A stretch of 64,000 nt of DNA from a virus, in IMG/VR virus record IMGVR_UViG_3300036851_000172, positions 1-64,000 of that record; one strand, 5' to 3'. A model generated the notes under the pieces. The model saw only the letters and a program-made list of their open reading frames with translations, was not told the DNA's origin and made no database searches. A program made the translations under genes and the position numbers. Below, piece after piece: positions 1 through 8,923 of this stretch (its first letter is position 1; the number at the start of each line of letters is the position of its first letter).

Positions 1-122
1 GTTGTCCATGTCGCCGATGAAGCCCTCGAGCGTCACGAGGCATTGGCTCGCACCGACATCGTTGGCCTGGTACGTCTTGATCGTGTCGGCCATTCGTACC
101 TCCGCTGACTGCCTGGTCATCG
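1..122. repeat. Direct repeat shared with 47086-47207 (5' part of a minus-strand hypothetical gene starting at 120)
   Basis: Nearly identical to 47086-47207 (one mismatch seen, 115 vs 47200); encodes MTRQSAEVRMADTIKTYQANDVG as in ORF 46672..47205. Confidence 0.95.
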
Positions 123-281
123 TGAGCAATCCTTTGCTGGCTCGCTGAGTGCGATAGCAAAGAAGGTGGCCCACACGATCACCTCTGCATCCCTCAGGGG
201 TTTTCGATACCCGAAACTAGCGTGAGCTTTGTTGACCATTCGCACCGCCTCGGCAATCTGGTCTTTGGTTGGCAGGGTCAT
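117..281 (-). CDS. 54-aa hypothetical protein (not in ORF track)
   Basis: Hand translation MTLPTKDQIAEAVRMVNKAHASFGYRKPLRDAEVIVWATFFAIALSEPAKDCSR*; ATGA overlap with the next gene; absent from the copy at 47200. Confidence 0.7.
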   Translation of the reverse strand: MTLPTKDQIAEAVRMVNKAHASFGYRKPLRDAEVIVWATFFAIALSEPAKDCSR

Positions 282-293
282 CGACTGTAATCC

Positions 294-539
294 TCAGTAG
301 CCGCGAGCTGGGTTATCGCAGTAGCCATCGCGATCGTAGTGGCTGTGGTGTCGCCACCAGCCAGAGCGATTTGGGTTGATGACCTTGCGCAGTTTCCCCT
401 CGAACATTTCCAGATTGCCTTCATCGCGGGGCGTCCCAACCTGCCGGCGGTGGTCTATGCCATGGTCAGAGGTCGCTGACGCGCGACTTGAAGGCCGGGA
501 GTCCTGCCGGGTTCCTTTACCGTCAATTCGGTCTGCCAC
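294..539 (-). CDS. Hypothetical protein, paralogue of 47218..47463
   Basis: Same N-terminus and C-terminal HYDRDGYCDNPARGY; synonymous differences between the copies support coding. Confidence 0.75.
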   Translation of the reverse strand: MADRIDGKGTRQDSRPSSRASATSDHGIDHRRQVGTPRDEGNLEMFEGKLRKVINPNRSGWWRHHSHYDRDGYCDNPARGY

Positions 540-574
540 GATGAAGCTCCTACAGTTGTGATGGATCTGTCGGA

Positions 575-787
575 CTATCGGGGTCGGATGCTGATGTTGA
601 ACCGACATCCTTCCAGTTCGATATCGATGTCGGCCTGACCCATCCCGATCCCGCCGCCCACCATCTTCGCACCCTTCGCCTCCACAGCTTTTTGCAGCCA
701 TTCTCTCAGGTTGAAGAACGCTTCCACGTCCTCGCAACCAACAGGCGGGCCGCTAGGTGGCTCCGGAGGATTGTTGTCGTTGATCAT
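575..787 (-). CDS. Hypothetical phage protein
   Basis: 70-aa ORF in the leftward run of small genes. Confidence 0.6.
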   Translation of the reverse strand: MINDNNPPEPPSGPPVGCEDVEAFFNLREWLQKAVEAKGAKMVGGGIGMGQADIDIELEGCRFNISIRPR

Positions 788-1214
788 GTATCACCTGTGA
801 TGAAGGTTATAGTCGCCTGAAGGCATGGCCCCAGACGAGTTCTATCTCCGCATTTGGATTAGCCGTAGCAAGCGTTCGTTCGGCATCTTTGCGCGGCAGC
901 TCAAGGGCCAGCGTCAAATGACCCGTACTGCTGTCTAACTGCTCTTTTAGCAGCTCTAGAAAGCCGGGGACTTCATCTAGGTTCAGTCGCAGGCGCATTT
1001 ATAGCTTCCTACTGATGTCTGGTAAATAGCGGGTCATTCGGAGCGATCACGAAGTCTGCGACCATCGGCTCGGACCTGCCCCTGCACTCTGGGCATGTGG
1101 TGCCGCGACATCTGATCTTGTCACACCACATCCGACTCGGGTCACGACAGCCGCAAATGATGCCGGTGTTCTTACAGGTCGAGCAGGCCATCTTTCCCTC
1201 ATTCGCCTTATCTT

Positions 1215-1511
1215 TTATAGATCGTCATCTTCAGCCGCATCGCTGCCGCTGATCGTGTGGCGCATAATCGGTCCGACATACTGCATCCATGCCTCGAACT
1301 CATACATATCGTCGCCCTTTTCAATCTCGCTAAATTCTTGCGCGTCGTCCGCGCTGGCCTTCCGAGAGAAGATCAGACCAAGTTCTCGCGCCCAATCCTG
1401 AATATCTCCAGCGTTCACGTCCCGAGCATCCCAGCTCGCCTGGATCACCCGCCGAGAGAATTCGCGAGCGGCGTCCAACTGTTCCTGGTTCGTCATCCTC
1501 GCCTCCATCAA
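1215..1511 (-). CDS. Hypothetical acidic protein
   Basis: 98-aa ORF in the leftward operon. Confidence 0.6.
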   Translation of the reverse strand: MMEARMTNQEQLDAAREFSRRVIQASWDARDVNAGDIQDWARELGLIFSRKASADDAQEFSEIEKGDDMYEFEAWMQYVGPIMRHTISGSDAAEDDDL

Positions 1512-1529
1512 TTGCAGTCTGGCGCTCTG

Positions 1530-2030
1530 CTATAGTTTGATCGGGGGTTCCAGCACGAAGCAAGCGATGTGCCGTCCCGTGCCTTTGCCCTCGGATCCAT
1601 CTTCGGTCGCAAGCCAGCGCACGTCACCGAGGTTGCGGACTTCCGCGCCGGCCTTCATTAGCATCAGCACCCACTTGTCCACAGGGTAGACCAGCACGAC
1701 GCGCTTGCCTTGCTGCTGTTGCTCGATCGCCTTGCGCACCCACGCCGTGGGACCCTTCTTGCGGCCTTGATGGATGATGGATCCGAAGGGCGGGTTGACG
1801 TAGTTGGAGGCGCCCCAGTCGCACGTCAGGCCGTCGAAACCCTCCGGGAGCGGAAAGGGGCAAGGGTCGAAGTCGAATAGAAACTCAGCGTCTAGGCGCG
1901 CATACAGGTCCGGCGGTGTTATCCAATAATGCTTCCCGTCCACGCCGTTGCCGGCGTGAAACTTATTCTCGCTCGGATCCAGCTTGGACTGATGCGGCTC
2001 TGCGCCGAGTTTGGATAATAGATCCGTCAT
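1530..2030 (-). CDS. Phage DNA N6-adenine methyltransferase-like protein
   Basis: W-x-TP, FDFDPC and YVNPPF motifs typical of small phage Dam-family MTases; GGAGG RBS before ATG 2030. Confidence 0.8.
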   Translation of the reverse strand: MTDLLSKLGAEPHQSKLDPSENKFHAGNGVDGKHYWITPPDLYARLDAEFLFDFDPCPFPLPEGFDGLTCDWGASNYVNPPFGSIIHQGRKKGPTAWVRKAIEQQQQGKRVVLVYPVDKWVLMLMKAGAEVRNLGDVRWLATEDGSEGKGTGRHIACFVLEPPIKL

Positions 2031-2294
2031 CCTACCTCCAAGATTGCTCACGACGCATATATCGTCACTTCGGCCGCCGCTTGCGTGACACTTCGATCAT
2101 CCGCCACGGGATTTTGATTTGATCGGTGCGGAGGTGAGAGCCGTCATCGTTCTTCACTTCATGCACCAGCAGCAGATGACTCTTGTACTCGTAGTACCAG
2201 TCGGTCCTCGAAATATCCTGCGGCATGCGGCTCAGTGCCATCTTCCTCTCCGTGCGTCCTTACACCAACTCGGTAGCGCCCCAACCACAAGTAA

Positions 2295-2615
2295 AATCAA
2301 TGGCTTGAAGCCTTTGAACTATATGCGATAAGTGCGGCCTTGAGCAGCGCTACGTCGTCGCCGAGTTCAAGCTCGAACGTTCTGAACTCTGGGTTTCGAG
2401 CGCACGCATGCAAGCTCAACCGAACTCGGGTCGCTGCCCGCTCGACATGAGGCGGCCAACTTTCCAGATTTCGGATGCACCAAGTCGTGAACTCTTGGAG
2501 AGTCCTACTTACGTCCCATGACGGGAGTTCCGCGTCCGTTCGCGGGCCGCAAGGCGCTGAATTGTCGAGGGTGGACGTTCCGGATATATATGGCTGTTTC
2601 AGCATTTTCAAAGCC
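2295..2615. promoter_or_regulatory. Candidate attP region of phage A with IHF-consensus site
   Basis: Downstream of int; AATCAATGGCTTG at 2295-2307 fits WATCAANNNNTTR; about 140 bp next to int is conserved downstream of the second int. Confidence 0.4.
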
Positions 2616-3587
2616 TTAGCTTTCCCTACGGAGGGGTATAATTTCCCCCGGTTCGCGGGGTGTTCTGTCGAGGTGGATCACAGCCGCCATGGCATTTAGG
2701 CGCTGCTCCGAGAAGCGGGTGTAGCGCTTGACCATCTGCTCCGACATCCCGATCATGTCGCTAATCTGTCGGGTGTTGGCGCCGGCCCGTAGGAGACGCA
2801 CACAGGCGGTGGCGCGCAACCCATGCATCACTAGGCCCTCTTCTGCTTCCAACCCCAGGACCGCTTGCCGCAGAGGTGCCAGCGCGGGGTTGGTATCGCG
2901 TTCGTGTGCCCACATGCCGGTCAGGCGACGGCGTGTCCACGGCTTGCCGGCGGGGTGCAGGAGGATGAAGCCGGGGCGGCGCTCCCAGGTCGCCATTGCC
3001 GTCACCAATGGTTGGGTCAGAGGGACCCAGACCTGCTTGTCGGTCTTCTTCTGCAGGACGTTGATGCCGGGCCGGCCGCTGAAGGTCTCGATGTCCGACC
3101 AGCGCATCTTCACCAAGTCGGAGCCGCGCTGGCCGGTGTTGGCACCAAGCGTCACGGCGCGGGCCAGGGCTTGGCGGGCATGCGTCTCAGCCAACAGCAC
3201 ATGCTCATCGCTCCATGGGATATGGCCGCCGTCTGAGCCCTCGGCCTCGCAGCCGTAGGTGACGGGGTGCGGGAGCAGATCGCGCACTAGCGCCCATTTC
3301 TCGCAGCGCCGCAACGCTGATAGGGCCGCTTCCTGCTTGGCGGGCCATTCGGCCAAGCCGTCCAAGTAGGACTGGACGATGGATGGGCGCAGCTCGTGAA
3401 CGAAATAGGCCCCAAGCGTGTCGGGCCGCTCGGCCAGGCGCAGCTCGCGCCCCCACAGATCACGGGTGGCCTCCGAGTACTTCATCCACTTTGGATTCTG
3501 TTCGGATATGAAGGCCCTGATCACGGCTGCAAATCGTCCCTTCACGATCCTATTTGCGCGTTTCCGCGACTGCTCGTCTTGTGGCAT
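2616..3587 (-). CDS. int: Tyrosine recombinase / phage integrase (phage A)
   Basis: TGQRGSD (R), QKKT (K), HGLR and KRYT (Y) catalytic motifs; 323 aa. Confidence 0.93.
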   Translation of the reverse strand: MPQDEQSRKRANRIVKGRFAAVIRAFISEQNPKWMKYSEATRDLWGRELRLAERPDTLGAYFVHELRPSIVQSYLDGLAEWPAKQEAALSALRRCEKWALVRDLLPHPVTYGCEAEGSDGGHIPWSDEHVLLAETHARQALARAVTLGANTGQRGSDLVKMRWSDIETFSGRPGINVLQKKTDKQVWVPLTQPLVTAMATWERRPGFILLHPAGKPWTRRRLTGMWAHERDTNPALAPLRQAVLGLEAEEGLVMHGLRATACVRLLRAGANTRQISDMIGMSEQMVKRYTRFSEQRLNAMAAVIHLDRTPREPGEIIPLRRES

Positions 3588-3828
3588 CTCGCACCCGATC
3601 GGTTGTTGAAGCGGGCGATAGTGTCACGATGGATTGGCGGCGGCTAGCCAGCGCTTCCCGAATGATGTGCAGAATCTGGCCATTGACGCTGCGGCACTCA
3701 TCCTTGGCCCAGTCCTCCAGTCCCGCCCGGTCCTCCGCGGCCATGTAGACGTGGGCCTCCACTGGACGCGAAAGTTTGCGTCGCTTCTCGCGTTCGCGCT
3801 CGATCGTGTCGGGGGCAGGAGCGGTCAT
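3550..3828 (-). CDS. Arc-like ribbon-helix-helix protein, possible excisionase/regulator
   Basis: RSVNGQILHIIREAL resembles the Arc motif RSVNSEI; overlaps the int start; paralogue at 49751..49999. Confidence 0.7.
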   Translation of the reverse strand: MTAPAPDTIEREREKRRKLSRPVEAHVYMAAEDRAGLEDWAKDECRSVNGQILHIIREALASRRQSIVTLSPASTTDRVRDATRRAVAETRK

Positions 3829-4355
3829 TCGGTCTTCGCCTTCGCGTTGAGTTTGTCGGCGTATTCCTGCGCCTCCCAGCGATAGCGCCATGGACCAAAA
3901 TCGTCCGGCACGGTCGTTCCCGGTGGTCCGACCACATATGACCAACCTTGTCGTTCGATGACGTGGAATTGTTCGCGCTCGGTCATGTCTGGGGCGGGCT
4001 GGGTCATGGCTCTCCCGTCGCGAGCTTCTCGATTCGCTCAGCCGTGGCTGAGCGCGGGAGGTTGTGGCATTGGCTGGCGATCTCGCGGAGAATGTCCTGC
4101 AGCCGCTCAGCTTCGGCCGCCCGTTCTTTCAGCTTCATCCATTCCGTTCTATGGAGCGTGACTGTTTTCACGGTCATACACTTTCGTCGTGAGCTATACG
4201 TTCGGTCGGCTTCCATCCAAGTGCCTTGGCAAGCTGTAGACACTCAGCGGCCTTGAGCGCGAAGAACAGCGCCTGCACATCGTCGCCCCGCTCGCGGGCA
4301 ACGAGTGCAGCATCTGCCAACTTCACGGACAGATTCCCGATCCTTTCGGCTCCGA

Positions 4356-4652
4356 TCATGATCCGTCCCGCAGTTGCGGAGTGGGCGATACTTTCAGCGC
4401 CGCCAGCCTTTTGCACTCGCTTTGGCAGCAGGCGTCGCACACATCGAGGCAACCATCCTCGCCCGTCTTGCCGGCGAGGTGATCGCCGCCATTGTTGTGG
4501 TCGCAGCCACCGTAAAATCGTTGTACGGCGACTTCCTTCACCTCGCCGTCAACAACCTGGAGACGCTTGCCATGAAGGCGCATCCATCTGGCGCAGCACG
4601 AGCATTGCAGTCGTGGGTTTGCGGCGTTGCGATCTTTGATGTGGACGGCCAT
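4356..4652 (-). CDS. Cys-rich (Zn-binding-like) hypothetical protein
   Basis: CSCC and CDACC motifs; AGG RBS-like sequence upstream. Confidence 0.55.
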   Translation of the reverse strand: MAVHIKDRNAANPRLQCSCCARWMRLHGKRLQVVDGEVKEVAVQRFYGGCDHNNGGDHLAGKTGEDGCLDVCDACCQSECKRLAALKVSPTPQLRDGS

Positions 4653-4856
4653 CTTAACTTTCCCGCACAGCAGAAGTGTGCGTAACGTTCGGGCATCGGC
4701 ATTCGACGATCAGCTTGGCGCATTGCCAGCATTTGCCTTCCGCTCGCCGTCGAGCCTTGATCTGTGCCCAGCGGGCACGGGTCTCGTCTTCTGCCTCACG
4801 AAACTGGTCATCCCAATCTGGCCGACTCATCGATTACATTCCTTTGGTGTGTCGGA

Positions 4857-5147
4857 CTATTCGTGACCGCAGTACATGCAGCGACTGCCGGGGCCACCTT
4901 CAAGCTCATCCTCGCCACAATGCGGACATCGACCGTTCGCTTCCGCGCATTCCTGATCGAGCCGCTGCAAATCGGCTATTGCCTCTTCCTCGGTTAGACC
5001 CCAGCCAACGTGATGTTCTTCGGAGCCGCTCCAATAGGCCCGCCAGTCGAACTTGCGATCGGGGATCGGCGGCGGTTCGTAGCGGGTAATGAGTTTCGGC
5101 ATTGCTGCACCGAGTTGTTGGATAAGGTGCTTGAGTTCAGCGGTCAT
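4857..5147 (-). CDS. Hypothetical protein with C-terminal Zn ribbon
   Basis: CPHCG...CMYCG. Confidence 0.6.
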   Translation of the reverse strand: MTAELKHLIQQLGAAMPKLITRYEPPPIPDRKFDWRAYWSGSEEHHVGWGLTEEEAIADLQRLDQECAEANGRCPHCGEDELEGGPGSRCMYCGHE

Positions 5148-5173
5148 GACTTTTACCGCACATCAATCAACTG

Positions 5174-5461
5174 CTATAGATTCGCTTCGATGTAGTCAGC
5201 GATCTGCGCGAAGGATGCCCCTTCCTCGTCATTCATGATGACGAGGTGGGATTCCTGATCTCGGGAGAGCCCGATGGCGCGGGCCGCACCGGTTGTCCCA
5301 TATGCGCCTACGTTTTCGGTCGGCCTCGCAACGCAGAAGCCAACGCCGATGCAGCAAAGGACAAGTCCTTCGCGTCCGACCGATGAAAGTGCGTTCTGCC
5401 CTTGCAGAAACTGTCCGCTCCGCAGTGCCTCGACCCACTTGCGCTTGATCTCTTCGTCCAC
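5174..5461 (-). CDS. Conserved-type phage hypothetical protein
   Basis: KWVEALRSG..QG, CCIGV and MND...SFAQIADYIE resemble a small phage protein family; GGAGG RBS. Confidence 0.7.
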   Translation of the reverse strand: MDEEIKRKWVEALRSGQFLQGQNALSSVGREGLVLCCIGVGFCVARPTENVGAYGTTGAARAIGLSRDQESHLVIMNDEEGASFAQIADYIEANL

Positions 5462-5496
5462 TGTTACCTCCGCTATTGCCTATTCCGTATGTGTCG

Positions 5497-5679
5497 TCAG
5501 TCGCCGTCCTCGCCGTCGAGCACATCGTAGAAGTCGTCCACGATGTCCGCGTGCCGTGCGAGCCGCGCCATCATGACCGGCGGGCACCACCACCAGGCCG
5601 ACGCGACGACAGCAGCATGACGTACATGTGCTGCAGTGCGGAGGCCGTCGAGCGGGGAGGATTTGTCGCGCTTGCTCAT
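5497..5679 (-). CDS. Small WWWCPP-motif protein (paralogue at 59350..59529, + strand)
   Basis: AHVRHAAVVASAWWWCPPVMMARLARHADIVDDFYD is conserved in the second copy. Confidence 0.75.
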   Translation of the reverse strand: MSKRDKSSPLDGLRTAAHVRHAAVVASAWWWCPPVMMARLARHADIVDDFYDVLDGEDGD

Positions 5680-6026
5680 CGGTGCCTCACGATCTGCTCG
5701 CCTAGTTCATGGTCGCCGGTCGCCGCCCACAGCGCGAGCGCCTTCTTGTGCGGGTCGATTGCCGTCGAGAGCCAGAACGCCCGCTCACTAGTTCCATGCT
5801 GCCGCCGATGGCATGTGCCGCAGAGCGGCACCGTCCAGATGTCAGAAGGCTTCTCGCTAAGTCCCGTCGGCCTCTTACCCACGCTCAGATCAGCGCACCG
5901 AATGTGGGCGCATTCCGTTGATGTATTGTCTCCGCAAACGATACACGGCAGACTTCGAATGAAGTCTCGGTGAGTGGCCAGCTTCACACGGGGATGTCGC
6001 ATCATGGTACGATCCCCGGCAGGCAC
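5676..6026 (-). CDS. DUF968-like Zn-binding putative nuclease
   Basis: LPCIVCG, CAHIR and KPSDIWTVPLCGTCHRRQH. Confidence 0.75.
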   Translation of the reverse strand: MPAGDRTMMRHPRVKLATHRDFIRSLPCIVCGDNTSTECAHIRCADLSVGKRPTGLSEKPSDIWTVPLCGTCHRRQHGTSERAFWLSTAIDPHKKALALWAATGDHELGEQIVRHR

Positions 6027-6296
6027 CCCTTCGCCATCACCAGGATGACGACGGCAGCCGCTAGGCCGAGCAGCGGGAGGACTGGCGTACGCATCTAGCC
6101 CTCGTTGAGCACTGGGTTTCCATCATCATCCAAGGCGACCAGAACCATCCGCCACTGGGATCCGATTTCTGAGTTGGTTAGGTTTTCGTGACTGTCCTGC
6201 GGATGGATGGCAAAGCTGACGACGTGCCCGTCCTTGTTCTGGCGCTGGGCGATCTTGACGACATCGCACTCGATGTGGGGTTTCATGCCGGGCTCC

Positions 6297-6707
6297 TCAG
6301 AATGGGATTTCATCGGAGGGCACTTCGCCCTGCTTGATCTCGGGGGTCTTGTAGCTACCGCGGTCAGTGACGGTGTGAGTGTTCCCGTTGCCGATCGGCA
6401 CATGCTTTGCCGGCGGCTTGACGCGGATGGCCTCGGTGACCTTGCCCTGAAAGTTCACCATGTCGGTGTAGAGCGTGATTTCCTTGCCGACCCATGCATC
6501 AGTGTTTGTGCCGTACAGGTAAGCGATGCGGTCGGCGTTCGTACGATTGCAAACTAGGCCCTTTTCCTTGTGCTGAAAGTAGATCACCAGTTTGTTGTCG
6601 TCGCCGAGCTTTTCGATTTCACACTTGGCGATGACGACGGTCGGTTCCTTGCCCTTGAGGTCGGCGGCCTTGATGTACTTCGATGGGAAGATGTTAGCGA
6701 GTTCCAT
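6297..6707 (-). CDS. Putative phage single-stranded DNA-binding protein
   Basis: FPSKYIKAADL N-terminus and SSB-type acidic tail SDEIPF; AAGGAG RBS. Confidence 0.7.
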   Translation of the reverse strand: MELANIFPSKYIKAADLKGKEPTVVIAKCEIEKLGDDNKLVIYFQHKEKGLVCNRTNADRIAYLYGTNTDAWVGKEITLYTDMVNFQGKVTEAIRVKPPAKHVPIGNGNTHTVTDRGSYKTPEIKQGEVPSDEIPF

Positions 6708-7410
6708 GACAGTCTCCTTGCGGTACGGTTCTGAGGGTTGAGTGTGCTTCCTTGTAGTCGTCGTAAAGTTCGGTCAGAAGTTTCAGTGCTTCGTCGTTAC
6801 TGATGTCACCCAGCCAACGGGCGTCGAGGATGTCGCGCTCGCGGTCGCGGTAGGCGGGAGTCATTCGGCGGCCTCCAGTTCAAACGCACATTGGCGATCT
6901 TCGATTTCCTCCCTAATCCGCTTGATCTTGTCGGCAGCGTCGCGCAGGTTCTGTTCTGATGCCTGCAGGTCGATCATGTCGTAATTTTCCGGAAACTTCT
7001 GGCAGCGCATGAGCGTTCGTGTACGCGAGGCAAGCGACTCCGTGTCGTTGCGGATGCGCTGGAGTTCGAGATCGAACATGATGACGGTGCTGCGGATGTG
7101 AAGGCTCATGTCAGTTGCCCCTCAAATATTGTGCTGTGGTGATGCCGTTCTGCTCGGCTTCATTATCAGCGTCGAACTGCACATCCGACTTGGCCGCCAG
7201 CTTCGCGCGTAGCTCCTCCATGGTGAGGTCCGGCCTGTTCCAGCAGTAGCGGCAGGCCTCCAGTATCCCTTCGTTCCAGTCGAGCGGCTTGTTCATGGCG
7301 TCACCATGCAACAATGGGGCTATGTGCGATGGCATCACCGATCAGCAGCACGGCAGCAACGAAAGCGCTGATCGCGAGCAGGGCGGCTAAATCTTCGGCT
7401 ATCCAGCGGA

Positions 7411-7650
7411 TCACGGTCGCCTCCGGACCGCGCCGGCCGAGGCGTAGGAGAGCCGCTCGAGCGTCGGCTTGTCCTGCGCGGCGAGCATCCGAAGGCAGAA
7501 GGAACAAGTGACTTCGGCGCGGTTGTCGGTGAGGTTCATCCCGTCCGCCAGCACGCGCATCCGATTGCAAAGCGTGCCATTGACGGTGCCACCGAACACG
7601 CCGGGCCGAACCCTTTGCATGTGCACCTTGGTTTCGGTCTGCTTGGTCAT
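7411..7650 (-). CDS. First gene of phage A leftward operon (paralogue 52924..53145)
   Basis: HMQRVRPGVFGGTVNGTLCNR...VTCSFC is near-identical to the phage B copy. Confidence 0.75.
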   Translation of the reverse strand: MTKQTETKVHMQRVRPGVFGGTVNGTLCNRMRVLADGMNLTDNRAEVTCSFCLRMLAAQDKPTLERLSYASAGAVRRRP

Positions 7651-7672
7651 CGCTGGCTCCCGTGATCTGAGA

Positions 7673-7802
7673 GGGACAGAACGAAGGACCGGGGCAGTGG
7701 GGCGAGCTTGGCTCCCCGAACTTCGGCTTGAGCCCGGAGGCATCAGCGGCCGACCGGTGGGGTGCGATTGTCGCTGCAAGGCCCGGTCCTTCGTTCTGTC
7801 CC
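7673..7802. repeat. Perfect 21-bp inverted repeat enclosing 88 nt in the PL leader
   Basis: GGGACAGAACGAAGGACCGGG (7673-7693) and its exact reverse complement (7782-7802). Confidence 0.9.
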
Positions 7803-7853
7803 GTTAACACCGTGTCTTCGGCGGGCTTCCCAGTTCCGTTATCTGATGATTGG

Positions 7854-7905
7854 AGATTACCATGACGGTAACAGATGTCAAGCGCAAAAGTTGCCGTCAC
7901 GGTAA
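7854..7905 (-). promoter_or_regulatory. PL promoter with two 15-bp operators (phage A)
   Basis: Minus strand TTGACA-16-TAATCT; TTACCATGACGGTAA 7857-7871 and TTGCCGTCACGGTAA 7891-7905; IHF-like AATCAATGGCTTA nearby at 7948-7960. Confidence 0.8.
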
Positions 7906-7998
7906 TTATTTTTGTATGGGAATGCGACTCGGCCGGCGGGCCAAGCCAATCAATGGCTTAGATTAGAAATCAGCTTTGGAGGAAATCGGCCTGAGGAT

Positions 7999-8331
7999 TT
8001 AGCTGCGGCGGACCCTGGCAGGACGCTCGGTAGGAAGCGCTTCTAATAGCGTTTGTGCAGCCCTGCGGGCCTCGGCCATCGCCGTGACGACCTCCGGGGG
8101 CCTGAGTAGATCACCCATATCGGACAGCTCAGGGGCGTGGCTCCTAAGGGCTAGGAACACCCCTGAGAGAACATTGAGGTCAACCCGCTGTGGTTCCCTG
8201 ATCCAGCGGGTCACGTTCTCCTTGTTGGTGTTCATGAGCCTGGCGAGTTCGGTTTGCGAAATGCGGGCGTGTTCTACCCACTCCTTGATGTAGTGGGGGC
8301 CCAATCTCGGGGCTTTGTACTTTGTTACCAT
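7999..8331 (-). CDS. CI-like XRE HTH repressor (phage A), no peptidase domain
   Basis: ISQTELARLMNTNKENVTRW HTH; divergent from a Cro-like gene; flanked by operators. Confidence 0.8.
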   Translation of the reverse strand: MVTKYKAPRLGPHYIKEWVEHARISQTELARLMNTNKENVTRWIREPQRVDLNVLSGVFLALRSHAPELSDMGDLLRPPEVVTAMAEARRAAQTLLEALPTERPARVRRS

Positions 8332-8416
8332 GACGGAAGCCTGCCACGCGGTCGGGGCCGCCGTCGTTGTCCGTCACGGTAACTTTTCGCTTGCGCGATC
8401 GTTGCCGTCATGGTAA
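8325..8416. promoter_or_regulatory. OR region, three operators (phage A)
   Basis: TTACCATGACGGAAG 8325-8339, TGTCCGTCACGGTAA 8368-8382, TTGCCGTCATGGTAA 8402-8416; same consensus as OL. Confidence 0.85.
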
Positions 8417-8426
8417 CTGTGGCGGC

Positions 8427-8657
8427 ATGGAAAGCATCCATCCGCTCAGAAATTTTCGGGAAACGCAGAATCCGCGGCTAACTCAGGATCAGTTAGCGAA
8501 CCTGCTGGGCGTGTCGAAGGCTTCTGTGTCCCGTTGGGAGACGGGCACACGAAAGCTGGATGAGGACTTGCTGTCGAGTGTGTCGGCGAAGACAGGAATT
8601 CCGAAAGCGAAGCTGCGGCCCGACTTGGCGGAACTCCTGTCGGAGACCGCTCAATGA
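8427..8657 (+). CDS. Cro-like HTH protein (phage A)
   Basis: LTQDQLANLLGVSKASVSRWETG HTH and C-terminal LRPDL motif. Confidence 0.85.
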   Translation: MESIHPLRNFRETQNPRLTQDQLANLLGVSKASVSRWETGTRKLDEDLLSSVSAKTGIPKAKLRPDLAELLSETAQ

Positions 8658-8923
8658 GCCTGCGCCGAGATGATGGATATTGGACGCGCGACAGGCGTGG
8701 TGCCGGCCAGAAGCCGCCATGCCTTCTCTTGGTCGGCTTGGAAATCGACCATCGAGCGACGGGTGATGATTCCCGTCACATGCCGGCGCCAGACGCCGCA
8801 GGTCTTGTACCAGTCGAAGAGCACGAAGCGCACCGATGGGCCGACGCGGTAGCAGTCCGCGAACGACGTAAAGTTTATTTCCGGGGCATTTCCAAGGTCG
8901 ATCAGGTCGTCGAGTTCCGTCAA
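8651..8923 (-). CDS. Hypothetical protein convergent with cro (homologue 54387..54641)
   Basis: GGAGG RBS; shares DxGNxPEI, CYxxGPxVRF and DW...GxWxR motifs with the phage B protein. Confidence 0.8.
   Translation of the reverse strand: MTELDDLIDLGNAPEINFTSFADCYRVGPSVRFVLFDWYKTCGVWRRHVTGIITRRSMVDFQADQEKAWRLLAGTTPVARPISIISAQAH

Noticed and set aside
2277-2287. CGCCCCAACCA as a tRNA 3' end / att core
   Set aside because: Resembles a tRNA-Pro end, but there is no T-arm upstream and no second copy was seen; too short to support.
2297-2611. ORF downstream of int (and 48618..48812) as a protein gene
   Set aside because: The copies differ in length and share only the int-proximal block, which is better explained as a conserved att/regulatory region; not excluded entirely.
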